NCBI GenBank assembly: GCA_964187785.1
Contig: OZ076413.1
Span: forward strand, 31,248,001 to 31,312,000
Length of the DNA stretch: 64,000 bases
From: Amphiscolops sp. MND2022
Lineage: Eukaryota
Direction: 5' to 3'
The notes below the pieces were generated by a model, which saw nothing but the letters and a program-made list of their open reading frames with translations, ran no database searches and was not told the origin of the DNA. Position numbers and translations under genes: made by a program. Shown one piece after another: positions 38,950-51,800 of the stretch; within the stretch, counting starts at the first letter, position 1; every line of letters begins with the position of its first letter.

Positions 38950-39183
38950 CTGAAATAGCATTAATTTAAGTAATGGTATTTACCGTAAACCAATCATTCT
39001 ATGATTTTTCCGCCTTCACTGTGTTTCCTTTTATTTCACTTGGCCCAAAAAGAAACCACTCATGAGTATTATACCAGCAAATAATTCTAAATCGTTAATT
39101 GAGTATTTCGCTTCAAAATCCGTTTAAAATCTTAACGCAAATGTTACTGGTTTCCATTCTTGGTTATATTGCTGTTGCTAGCG

Positions 39184-39642
39184 TAATGATCATGCAAAAT
39201 GAATATTATATTACGCAAATATTACTGTTTTTCAGTTTAGTACCAGTTTTGGAGAAACTACCAGATCATCGAAATCTGCCACTTTTAAATGACATGCTTC
39301 AATTTTGGTACCAGTCACGAGAATCTCTATTCGTACTTTGGGATTTTTCGTGTCAATCAAAACAATTTCCTTTGATATAAAATTGATTTAATTCAAGTTC
39401 TTTTGCCTTTCTAATAATGATCATGCAAAATGAATATTATATTACGCAAATATTACTGTTTTTCAGTTTAGTACCAGTTTTGGAGAAACTACCAGATCAT
39501 CAAAATCTGCCACTTTTAAATGACATGCTTCAATTTTGGTACCAGTCACGAGTATCTCTATTCGTACTTTGGGATTTTTCGTGTCAATCAAAACAATTTC
39601 CTTTGATATAAAATTGATTTAATTCAAGTTCTTTTGCCTTTC
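39184..39642. repeat. 231-bp near-identical tandem duplication
   Basis: Units start taatgatcatgcaaaatg at 39184 and 39415. Confidence 0.9.
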
Positions 39643-41942
39643 CAAAAATGATTACATACTCAAAATCAGCGGACCAATGAGAGAGCAGCGGCAAAAGTGT
39701 CATTACAGCAGCAGTGTTGGCGTGGAATCCAGGACAAGCACTGTCGTGGAATCCAAGACACGCTCAACATCAAAGGTAAATTTTGTCCTGGATTCCACGA
39801 CATTGCTCAATTTTCGTGTCCCGGATTCCACGACAAGCAGCAAAATAGCTTGCCTGTGCACAGTAATGATATATATGCACGCATATAGATGTAGCAACTA
39901 CTTTCATGATTGTTCATGTGGCCCTTCAGGCCATTCAATTGTATTTCATCAGCAACACTACATGTAGAACATTTCATGTTAATTACATGTAATAGGTACA
40001 CACAAAATGGTACACAGACTCATGGGTCATTATTTACAGCTTTTCATGGCATAATATATTCATCTAATTCTTTACCCAAGATATTTTGGGAAGGAAGCAA
40101 AGATGGGGGGAAAGGACTGGAAGTCCTTTTGTAATCTCAGAGATGTACTTTAATTAAAGCGTTTCTAAAATAGCATCGTTTCTAAAATCGCGCACTGCTA
40201 TCTCTAGTATCCGCACCAGCTTGTATTCAATTTTGGACTCAGTGTCCACGCGCCTTTGTTTGGTATAAAAGCGTCAGTATGGCGGCATATGGCCTTTGAG
40301 TCTCTTAATTTAGAATACAGCACGGGAATGAATACAGCACAGCAAATAAATAAATAGCGTCCTGTGATTGGTTGATTTTTATTGGACTGCTTGTCTGCGC
40401 TGACAGGAGAGGAAACACTTTGAACGCGTTTCCTCTACCTGTACGCCTTGGTGTCCAATTTAAAGCACATCTAAGTATAATTGCATGTTTTATCGCATAA
40501 CTAAGAGCAATATTATTATCAAATGTATGGAATTACATAATGTAATAATACAAAACAGTTTTCATCACAAAAGTTCTAATAGTAGTTCTTTCGGACTTCC
40601 TGGCTCAAATCTCTGTGCCTTCTCAATCTAATGGGATTGTTCCGGGTAAAGCCCTGCAGTATCCATATGCAATTGTATACCAATTTCCATCGCAGGCGGC
40701 CGTCTGCGACACCAACCAGGGTAATTTCATTACCTTATTCATAAATGATCTGGAATAAGGCACAATTCTAAAAGTTGAAATTCCTAAAACCAAACAGTTA
40801 ATACTAAGGAAAACAAAACAGTTATTACTATAATTTCTATACAGTTATATTCTTCAATTTCGCTCAAGAGACTTCTGCGTTTTGACCGGCTAATAATTTG
40901 TGAATACATACGGCCAAATTTGTCTCCAGCTTTACCTTCAGCGTCATATATTGATTGATGCTTTTCATTGAGTTTATTGGTAGAAACAGCTTCGACGCAA
41001 TCCTGGGGCGTTTATGATCCTTGACTGATCAAAGTATAGTCCATAACATTTATAATTCCAAGCTGACCATAATTTGGGCCATATATGATTTCTACTTCAA
41101 TATAGTGAAATTATTAAAACAAAATGTAGAAAAAGATATAGCGCAATTAATGGCCCACACAATGATATTTCAGGAGCTGGAAACCAGATTGAACAAACCG
41201 ATGAAACTTTTTTCATAAAAAACTACAAAACAAAAATCATATCAGAGAGCTTCATCTGATCTTCCTTTCTCATGAAAAGAATTACTATAATAATGGCTTC
41301 CTGTGTACAGACATTTGCTGTCTCATTTGATCGGGAGAATTCTTCAGTTGGCAATTTCATTCATGAGAAGGAGTACCAAACATGATTAATTGCGACATGT
41401 TCCTGAAGACGGAAGGTTTGCAAACGGAAGGTTTGAAAACGGAAGGTCTTCAATTGCCATGGCAATTGATATCGTTAACCAAAGGTTCCGTTCGATGAAT
41501 TTCTCGGCCCTTTCCTTGAACGAGAATAAACAGTGGAAGCTGAGAAATTATAGCTTCCTTATACATGACAAAGGGAATCCAACTGATCCTACTTTATCAT
41601 GTGTAAGAGACTGTGGTCAGTGACGTTTTTGGACATTACTCAAATGAGTCCAAAGTCAAACATTTGTAAAATTTGATTCTTCGTGAAGATCTAATTTAAA
41701 ATTTTACTTGGAATTCACTGATTGTACCTGTGATATTCGGTTCATTCCGGCTTGACTTTTACCGAGTTTCGGTTCATAAAATTGTACGTCTAGCCTACCC
41801 GTTTATTGATGAACAAAACTTTGCTGCATACTTAATTAGATACTTCATTACATACTTATGGTATCTACGATATAGTCAGTGAACTATAGAAATTATCTTA
41901 ACCTTTCTTTTAACTTAGAGCTTAGTTGTTGAGAAAAAAACA

Positions 41943-44900
41943 TAGCGCAGTCAGCCGATTTTTAAAACAAATTGAAAACTTCTTAACAAAACAAAGCCAT
42001 GACAGAGAAAAACACAGTACCGAACCTCGAAGTAAGGGCTTCGGACGGAAATGCAATATTCACACCAAGACAGTGGTTAAAACTATTCACTAAAAAGGGA
42101 ACATAAAATGGACATCGCACAACTAACAAAAGGAGAAGACATCACCGAATGGAAGGGAAAAGAATAGCCTATCCATAGAGATTTTATCTGGGGGTGGGAC
42201 CCGAAGCATTGTATGAAATAACCCGCGCCGAATACAAAACGGAACCGGATAGTATCAAGATAAAGACATGTACCGGGTATTTACTGAACACTACTTACCG
42301 AAACGAAACACGTACCACAACCTCGGAGACGTTTGTTGGGCAAAGCAAACGGAGGAAGAAACACCCGAAAAATTCTGGAGAAGATTGATCGAAATTGAAA
42401 AAGAATGTAAATTTAGCAGAATATCAGCCGAAGAACTATTGACATCCAAATATATGACGGCAATCACCGATAAAAAGTTACGGGACAAAATGATGAAAGG
42501 AAAAACACTGGAATTGAAAAAAAACAATCGAACTAATAAAGCAAAACACATACAAAAAGAAGAACAAGGAACATACGATACCGGAAGCATTGATTTCGGC
42601 AAAGAAAGACACACAATAAAAGAAGAACCGATACGAAGAATGGAAAGGTTCGGCGCAAGACCAAAAACCAAAACGACGTGGAATAGACCATGCAGACTTT
42701 GCGGAGCACCGAAGTGGACACAATTACACAAATGTCCAGCAAAAGAAACAAATTGCAACAAATGCGGAAGAAAAGAACACTACGCAAAGGTATGTAGACA
42801 AAAATATACCAACAATTGAACAGTGAAAAAACTAATCGAAGAAGAAACTGATGACCGAGTCGAAACATCAAGTGAATTGGAAAAGAGTATACACCATATC
42901 AGAGAGATAAAGAAATTAAAGAAAAGAACAAACAATACACAGCAACAGTGAAAAGAAACGGAAAGAGGAAAAAATTTATAATCGACATCGGATCATCGAT
43001 AACGATAATGCCACCGGACGAAACGAAATAACCGGGATACAGAAAATCACAAACAGATACCAAGACGTAAACAAGAACGAAGTGAAATTCGGTTTATCTA
43101 CCTAATACCGGGACATTATTTGGGTGAACAAAAAGCTAGACCGGTACCACTCCACCTACAAGAAGATGTAGTACGGGAATTAGAAAAACTACTAAAAACC
43201 GGACATCTAGACGAGATCAGTGATATGAATGAAGACTGTTTTGTATCACCGGTAGTAATAACTGTAAAAAGCGATAAATCGGTAAAGATAGCACTAGATG
43301 CACGGAAACTAAACGATAGCTGTATCAAAATGAGACCACACATGCCAAACATGGAGGAGTTATTCATTCAGATTTCGGTACAAATAACCCGCGACCGAAC
43401 AGTACAACTATTCATATCAGAAGCAGATTTAGATTACACATCCCCGACAGATGAAACTATCCGAAAAAAGCAAGCCGACAATGCGCCTTCGCAATTGCCA
43501 GGGGAATATTTAGCGGATATTACCGATTCAAAGAAAAGTTTTTGGTCTTGCCGACACACCCACGATATTCCAAGAAAAAATCGACCGAACACTCGGTTAC
43601 AGCACACCAGCCTGGCTAGACAACATAATTGTAGTAACCCGGGGGAACAAACAAGAACCCGATAATAAACTATTTGATGTTCTAAACAAACTGGAAAAAG
43701 CCGGATTCCGAGCGAGTAAAAGAAAATCCGAAATTTTAATGACTCGAACGAAATGGTGGGGCCACGAGATTGACGAAAACGGAATGAAACCAATTGAAGA
43801 AAAAGTAGAAGCCAATTTAAAACTGAACTCACCGGAAAATACAAAAGAACTAAAATTTTTTCTTGGAGCAATCCAATACATGGCTAAATTCCTACCGAAA
43901 CTCTCGGAAAGGACGGACAGACAAAGAATGAGACGTGAAAGTGGGCAACCGAACAAGAAGAAGACTTTGGAAAAATAAAACAAATGTTAATTGAAGGCCC
44001 ATGTCTTGCACACTACGCGAAAGATAAAGAAAACATAGTAACGACCGATGCGAGTACGATCGGATTGGGAATTACGCTATGGCAAAGACAACATGACAAA
44101 AACACTAAATCGATAGCATACAGAAGCCGATATTTGAATAATACCGAAAAGCAATATTCCATCGGTGAACTAGAATTACTGGCGGTGGTATTGGGATTAG
44201 AAAAATTCCGATTTTATCTATACGGAAATAAAGTTCATCTTTTTACCAAACACCAACCATTAGAACTGTTTATAATAAAACCGAAGCAATAAACAATATA
44301 GTGCGATATTAACGAGATGGCTGGATCGCCTAGTTCTTTTCGATATAGCAATAGAGCACATCGCAGGCAGTAACTTCAAACTCACAGTTTTTCTCAGCAT
44401 AAACCCGGTAGGGGGAGCCATGCCGGAAGAAAATTACAATGAAGAATATATAATTAAAATACTTGCCGAACAAGCGGACTTAAACTTGAAATACGGACAA
44501 CTATTCGCAGTTCAATCAAAATGCAGCGAAACCATAACCGAAAGGAAGAAGAATGATTCCGAGAAATAAATTGAGCACAAAGCAAACCAATCACAAAAGA
44601 TTAGAACAATCGAGAACAAAAACCACGTGAACGAAACCGAACAAAACAAAATAACAACATCCGGGCAGTCCGAAATTATCACTCTGAAAATCAGTAAACT
44701 GAACGAAAAGAAAGCAAACGAGAAATTGGACCGCAAAAATCTTTATCACCGGAGAACTCCCGGAGAAATCATGGACATCATCAAAAGAAATAAAAACAGC
44801 CCCGAATCAAGAAGACTGGTAGAACAACGCAAAGCGCTATCACGGCCAGGAACATTGAGACGCCGGTAATACTATCAAACACAAAGAACTGTATTTGCAC

Positions 44901-46070
44901 TGTCCCGACCCAACAAGTGCAGTAAAAAGAGATTGCCGAGATTGATGCCGAACTTATGCGGAGAGCGAACAGAATTGGAGGCGGTTACCAACCGATAGAG
45001 ATTGAAGATGAGTAAGACTAACCGGAAGAACTACGGGAAGAAGGAGAAATAGAACAAGCAGTCGAGACCGAAGAAGACAGTGTGATTATGCAGGGCGACA
45101 ATTTACCGATCGTGGATTTGACAAGATACAATACCGACGGTAAAGAAGCAAAGTGTATCCAAATAAACCACATCGTCGAAAAACTTAACACAAATAAGAA
45201 GGCAACGGAAGATCACATCAAGAAAGCAGAATTCGAGTTCATGATGGATCTCAAAACCCTGATCTCTAGGACAGCGATCGACCTCAATCTAACCTGACTC
45301 CGAAACAGCATGCGCCGAGAAATCAGGGAAACAAAACCGCAGGGCTATTGAACAGTGTTTGACAAACTTTCAATCAGATGGGGCCTCATATTTGTCGACG
45401 ATCAAATCGTCATCCTGATAGACCTCAGAAGATATTTACTGGACATATTGCACTTCGGTCACTCCGGCATCACCAAAATGACATCGGAAGCAAAAATATT
45501 CTGGTGGCTGGGCATGAAGCAAGATATCGAGAACAAAGTCAAGAACTGAACCGCATGTTTAGCATCAGGTAAAAGCCTTGAATACCGATTACCGAAAAAC
45601 CATTACGAAAAACTAGGAAAACTATCCGAACCCGGTCAAGAAATACATATCGATTTTACCGGAAAGTTACATAACAAAAACTTACACGGCGAAGTACAAA
45701 TACTAATAGCGGTAAATAGATGGCCGACCAGCAAATGGTCCACCGTGAAATTTTGTAAAACCTCGGAAACAAAAAAAAATAATTTATTTCCTAACGAGTA
45801 ATTTTAACTTATAGGGAATACCCGATAAGATAAAATCTGACAAAGGGGAGCATTCATTTCGAAAGAATACAAACAATTTTGCAACAACCGAAATATCGAA
45901 ATATAATACTGCACATTCAGAATGCACACCGGGAACGGAGTGGTAGAAAGATCGATACAAACAGTGAAAAGTTTGAAAAAAAAGCGAACCTAGAAGACAG
46001 ACAAAATTTAACCGGAAGTGTAAATCGAGCATTACGGGTAATGAGAATCACAATACATACGGGATTTTGA
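41943..46070 (+). mobile_element. Degenerate, 3'-truncated Ty3/Gypsy internal region
   Basis: Mutated PBS TAGCGCAGTCAG (compare TGGCGCAGTCAG at 61840), gag Zn knuckles (CRLCGAPKW..HKC, CNKCGRKEHYAKVC), PR (FIIDIGSS), RT (IALDARKLN, PHMPNMEEL), RNase H (TTDAS, YSIGELELLAV), IN (LHFGHSG, IHIDFTG, KSDKG, NGVVER). Many frameshifts and no 3' LTR. Confidence 0.88.
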
Positions 46071-46480
46071 AAAGGCGATAACTAGTCCCAATTATTAAAA
46101 GCTGCCATTCTTCCCCATGTTAATTACCCATAAAGACTGTTGTAATAATGAATCCGGAAATATTACATTTAATTTGTTTAATTCTTTGATTTCAGTCTTC
46201 AAAAGATGGTTAATTAGCTGATCAATTAAACAATTTGGGACAAATTGTCGCTTTTTACAAATGAGAAGAATTGTCGCCTTCTTAAAATGGGACGAATTGT
46301 CGTCCAACCGCCAAAATAGGGGTCAATGCATTGCCCAGTCTCAGACCACTCCTCAAGTTCGAGAATGGTGTCTTCATTCTTCCGCGTTGCGAGGCTTTTT
46401 CGTGCACCATTTCAGAACTGAACAAAATTTCAATCAGCAGCTTTGGATGTTTGAACCCCAAATTTGGAGCGTTGGGATAT

Positions 46481-46972
46481 CCCGGGTTGACCCTCTTACT
46501 AGCATCTTGGCTGTCTTGGCAAGATCTTGTCAAATTCTTACTACATCTTGGCAACCATGGATCCCATGGCAAGATTCTTATTAAGATCTTACTAAGATAA
46601 TGAATTATTCCAAGATCGTATCTTGTCACGATGGACAAAATTCTAAGATTGTAAAAACACTATACCTTCATTACAAGCAGCCGAGACTCAATCTAAAGGC
46701 TTATTTACCCCAACAACGACTATTTCTACTCGTTTTGATAATCAAAATGTTTCAACCCGCTGAAATAAATCTGCATGCAAAAATGTGCGAAAAATTACGA
46801 TAACGTATTCTGGCTTCCGAAAATCTGAGGAAAATCCTAATAACTCCTCACCTGTTTAAGAATGAGAAATGCGAATGAACCAAATGAAATCTCGTTTCAA
46901 GGACTTTCGAAAACTTGTAACTTATCCCTCCTGACGATTCCAGAGAAGGATAAAAATGGTCTCAAACCCGGG
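46481..46972 (+). mobile_element. About 490-bp non-autonomous element (caagatc subrepeats), copy 2
   Basis: Inverted termini cccgggtt / aacccggg flanked by AT on both sides. Similar to 19170-19650. Confidence 0.75.
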
Positions 46973-48345
46973 ATCATATCGGGACCAAAACAGTAGTTTT
47001 CGATCATCCAAACAAGCGTGTGATTCTTTTGGTTGACTTTTTCATCTGTGAAGAAATGCCTTCTGATGTTTCGCAATTATTTCGCGAAATCAATTATCAG
47101 GTATGTTATTACCGTTTATGGAACAGTTGCAAAAAGAAACCTGAAGAAAATTGCACTTTCTCATTGAAAAATTTTGGGGGCTATTTTTTTCTCGAGTCAC
47201 TTGCGGATGTGTTTCCTACAGATTACAGTAGAACTGTTGCAAAAAGAAAACAATCTGCAACTGGTTGAAACACGTGGAGCTAATACCAAATAGCTTACAA
47301 GAAATGAGTCGAACTCAAATACATATGCTCGTCAACAGAATAGGACAATTTTATGATATTATTTCCATTTTCTTTTAAATATCCAAAGCCGATTCTCTGG
47401 GGTGGGGATTCGAAGAGCGATTGTTATCCTTCCCCATCCCTATTGGGTATTTTTAATTAATTACCCTAGAAAGTTGGTTTATTGTTTACATCCAATAGAA
47501 TTAACTTTCTCTTTCTCCTGTGAAGCTATAGCCGTGAATATATTGTTGCTCCAATGAGGCCTCCCGGCTCTTCACATAAACTTCTTAACCAAAATGTAGA
47601 AAATTCCGAAAGGCCACTATACCTCCTGTTCCGTATTCTCAATCCATTTTCATGATAGCCACAAACAGATGATGTTAATGATACTTTTTTGGAATAAGTT
47701 TTTTGAAAGTGCTGCACAGTGCTGTACGTGCGATATAATTGTGGTTATTCGCCATGAACGGAACCTCAAAATATTGGATGCAAGAGCGTCACAACGAACC
47801 AACCATTCACAAGCTCTAACTTCCAAATATTCTTGAGTCTCAAAGTATTGAGGTGTTTTCTTGGTTCTATGAATTTTTAACGATCAATCAATGATGAAAT
47901 GTTGCATAAATAAACTTTAGAATATCTTGAAATGAATCTCTAGAAGCAGAATTGTTAGAAGCCAACTCCCACATTTCAATTGAAGAATAATAATTCTTTC
48001 CAAGAGTATTTTGATCAAAAATTCTCTGAGCGAGAAGTTTCAGACCAGTTCAAACTGGACGCGGATGGTATAAATGGGAAGTTTCCTTCCAGCAGATGGT
48101 GGCTAACTTGGTTTCATTTGGTGATCGTTCGTCTCAAGCTTTGGCAAAAAAAACAGGAATGAACTTTGAATAATTTTGCTCAAATTATTGATGCGTTAAG
48201 CTGAACTTCTATTTTGGCAGCAGCCTCCATCTAGAGTGCATCAAAAATATGAAATAACGCGAGAGCAATGGTGAAAAATTTTTATTAACTATTGCTTCAA
48301 ACTTGTATTCACGTTTACAGAATGAAAAATTTAATTTTGTCATCA

Positions 48346-48682
48346 TGTAAAATCTTTTGATTGATGCCAAAGATTTGTATGAGAAGAAACGTCTATTCAG
48401 CTTTTTAATGACAAATCCAAACAAGAGAATAATTACCGCCAGCTCAAAGTTTGATCACCAAATTACAAAAGAATATGACTCACTTTTTGATCTGAATAGC
48501 AAGGCCATTTCGAGAGTATTTTTACCGAAATCGGAGAAATATTTCCAAAATATAAAATATTTTGCATGTCCGGGAATCGAACCCACGCCGGTCAAATACC
48601 GGCCTTGTACTCTACCGCTGAGCCAAGCTGCCTTATAATTTGTTTGTTTTAAATTAACGATATTTGTATTGCTATCGCAACA
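48346..48682 (-). repeat. 3' LTR of the Bel/Pao element
   Basis: Direct repeat of 56942-57278. Confidence 0.97.
48563..48631 (-). ncRNA. tRNA-like Pol III-type unit in the 3' LTR (not a canonical tRNA)
   Basis: GCAGCTTGGCTCAGCGGTAGAGTACAAGGCCGGTATTTGACCGGCGTGGGTTCGATTCCCGGACATGCA contains an A box (TGGCTCAGCGG), a B box (GGTTCGATTCC), D-arm and T-arm stems, and is followed by TTTT runs. Confidence 0.65.
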
Positions 48683-48825
48683 TCCTCCGGGCCCAAGAAG
48701 ATGAGGAATGTTATAATGTCAAAACAAATAATTTTTTGTTTTTTCATAATCGGTTTGGAACGAAAATACATGATACATGTTTTAGAGATACATGTGGTTT
48801 AACAGTCAAGTACAATTAAAATGGA

Positions 48826-51800
48826 TTATGATAAATCAATTAAATCAGGGGAAGGAAGGACTGGGGCTAGTTTCACGACCGGACGGACAAGGTTTCCAGA
48901 CGTGGTTTTAACTTCGGCAGAGCGAGCGACAGCATCGCTGCCAAAATGGAGTTTGATGACACGTGCGAGAGGGTAGTAGCCTCTCGGGTTAGTGGGTTCT
49001 ACAATCCAAACGAGATCTCCGGTTTTCAATTGCCTGTTGGACTGTGTGCACCACTTTGAGCGACGATTCAAAGTCGGCACGTACTCTTTAAGCCACCTGT
49101 TCCAGATAGCGTCAGAATAAGCTTGGGCGCGTGCATATCGCTTGCGGTGGTCGAAATCACAGTTAGAATGGGACGGTAGAGACGATCCAGCTGTTCCAAG
49201 CAAGAAGTGGTTAGGTGTCAAAGCATCCAAGTCAGTTGCATCTGCGCTTGCTGGAATCAGCGGACGAGCGTTGAGGCTCTGCTCCACAAGACAAAACACC
49301 GTTGTTAGAATTTCGTCAGTCAAGCGTCGGTTGCCGAGTATCGCATAGAAAGTATGCTTAAAACTTCTCACTAGCCTTTCCCAGACACCGCCATGGTGTG
49401 GAGCACTAGGAGGATTAAACTTCCACCTGACACCTTTCTTTACCATAGACTCAGCAATTGACTGTTGATTCCACTTGAGAACGTTCTGGAGGAGTTCTTT
49501 CTCTGACGCAACGAAATTAGTCCCATTGTCTGACAAGATAACAGAAGGGATGCCCCTACGAGAAACAAATCTCTCAATTCCCATGACGCAACTGCTGGTG
49601 TCCATTGTTGGCACAACTTCGAAATGGACAGCGCGAGTTGTAAGACATGTGAAGAGAAATCCCCACCGCTTCTCTGTGGAGCGTTTAACGGAGACGTAGA
49701 AGGGGCCAAAGTAGTCCAAGCCAGTATTTGTAAAAGGTCGCGATGAAAAGACCAAGCGTTCTTTTGGCAGATCTGCCATAATCGGGGTCAGCGTTTCCGC
49801 TTTACGTTTGCGACATGTTACGCATCTGGTTTGGATCGTTCTTAAGGTCGTTCGCAGTTTGACAATGGCAAACTTCTGTTGTATCAAGGCTCTCAAGTAC
49901 TCGACGCCTTGATGGCAGTGTTTCTCATGAAGATGTTCTAAAAATAAACGAACTGCGGGGTGCCGGCTATCGAGTAAAATAGGGTGTTTGACGTCAAAGT
50001 TGGCAATTTCCAGATGTTTTGTTCGACCTTGAGCACGGAGAAGGCCGTTTGGACCGATAAAGGGGGAGAAATCTTTTATAACTGAAGGCTTGCTCAATGA
50101 ACAAGTCTTCAGCAGATTTTTTGTTTCGTTCGGGAACGTTTCGGACTGTACCAAGAAGAACAATTTTTGTTCAGCACTTTCAAGCTCGACAGGATCAGTA
50201 ATTGCTCCTGTTTTAGTTCTGTTACCAGAGAATCTCGGCAAAATACGCAAAATGAATGCAACAATGCGCAAAAGTTTCTCGTACGAGCTGTACCTTTGCC
50301 ATTCGAGAGTTAGGACATTAGGAGTTACACTTGCGGTATTTGCTGTTGTCTCTTGGTAGACTGAGTCGGCGTTGCTTTCATTGGAATCATAGTTTTTCAA
50401 TTTATTTTTCAAGATCTCTTCCGACGGCTGAAAAGGCCAATCAGGAGTCATCAAGAACTTGGGACCTTTGAGCCAAGAACTGTCAAAAAGGGCTTTTGCC
50501 GGCAGACCGCGCGTGCCCGCGTCTGCCGGGTTGTCGGCTGTTGGCACGTGGTTCCATTCGTCAACTGTCGTCAACTCAAGAACTTCGGCAACTCTGTTGG
50601 CGACAAATACGGGTTTTTTGTCAATGGAATGGAGCCATTGGAGCACAGTTGTACTATCGGTCCACATGAACGTTCGCTCAACAGGTACCGTGAGTGCTTG
50701 TTGAACTTCATCCTTTAGTCGGGCTGCTAAGAGTGCGGCTTGGAGTTCCAATTTCGGTATTGTGAGCGCTTTCATCGGGGCAACACGAGCTTTCCCAAAG
50801 ACAAAGGCTAACTGGGTTTCAGTCATCTCGTTGCGGCTCACTCGCGCACGGAGGAAAGCAACAGCGGCAAAGACATCTTGAGAGCTGTCGCCGAAAACGT
50901 GTAACTCAACACTTCTCATGGTTCCACGAAAATAACATCTCGGAATGGTTATTTCGCTCAAATTGGGGAGCTCTGCAGCCCATTCAAGAAACTTTTTGCT
51001 AACGTTGTCAGGCAGATTGTTGTCCCATTGTTGCCCACTCAGGCGCCAAATGTCTTTCAACAAAAGGCGGGCTGTTACAGTATATGGTGCCGCAAGACCA
51101 ATGGGATCATACACCGCGGACACTAAACTAAGGACAACACGCTGTGTTACTGGTCGATTCAAGTCAGGTGTAGTTCCTCTGCTGACAACCAAGGTGTCAC
51201 GACTATGGTTCCATTTCAAACCCAAAACATGCGAGGTCTCTTCATTTGTTACTAAGACTTTCTCGTTCGATTCGGCAGGCAGTTGATATTTCGGGTCGAC
51301 AATTTTCACCAAACCTGGAACATTACTGACAAACTTGGTTAGGTTGAAACCACCTTTGGCCAACATTTCAACAAGATCTTGAGCCTTCTTGGTGGCTTCG
51401 TTGACGGTGGGGCTTGATTCAAGATAATCGTCCATGTAAAAATTGTTTTCGACACTGTTGGCGGCTTCAAGAAATTGGATTCGGTTGTCACGAGCAGTCT
51501 GTTGCAAAGCGTAGTTGGCACACGTTGGCGAATCCTTCGAACCGAAGATGTGACGTACGTATTGGTACACAGCGACGTCTGTTGCTGGGTCCTCTCGCCA
51601 CAGAAAACGAAGAGACGGTCGGTCTTCAGGGATCACACCAACTTGTAAAAACATTCCCTCGATGTCAGCGGATACAGCATAGGGATGTTGTCGGAATCGC
51701 ATGAGCACATGGATTAACGTTTGCAACAAGTCAGGACCAGTTAAAAGTTTGCTGTTCAGTGAAACACCATGAAATTTCGCTGCACCATTGAGTACACGGC

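Larger units (their letters stand above)
37990..40711 (-). mobile_element. Solo LTR of about 2.7 kb (spans the assembly gap)
   Basis: TG...CA termini with 5-bp direct repeat CCAAC (37985-89 and 40712-16). The terminus is shared with the LTR ending at 1221. Length is uncertain because of the gap. Confidence 0.65.

Noticed and set aside
38691-38969. ORFs spanning the N run
   Set aside because: Artefacts of the assembly gap.
41783-41942. Candidate 5' LTR for the 42-46 kb Gypsy
   Set aside because: It has no partner LTR or TSD and little similarity to the candidate LTR at 61672, so its boundaries cannot be supported.
47526-47717. Possible host exon
   Set aside because: No convincing splice sites or protein motif in any frame.
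48357-48638. 93-aa ORF repeated identically at 56953-57234
   Set aside because: It lies antisense within the LTRs, starts at TTG, and is duplicated only because the LTR is. No recognisable domain.
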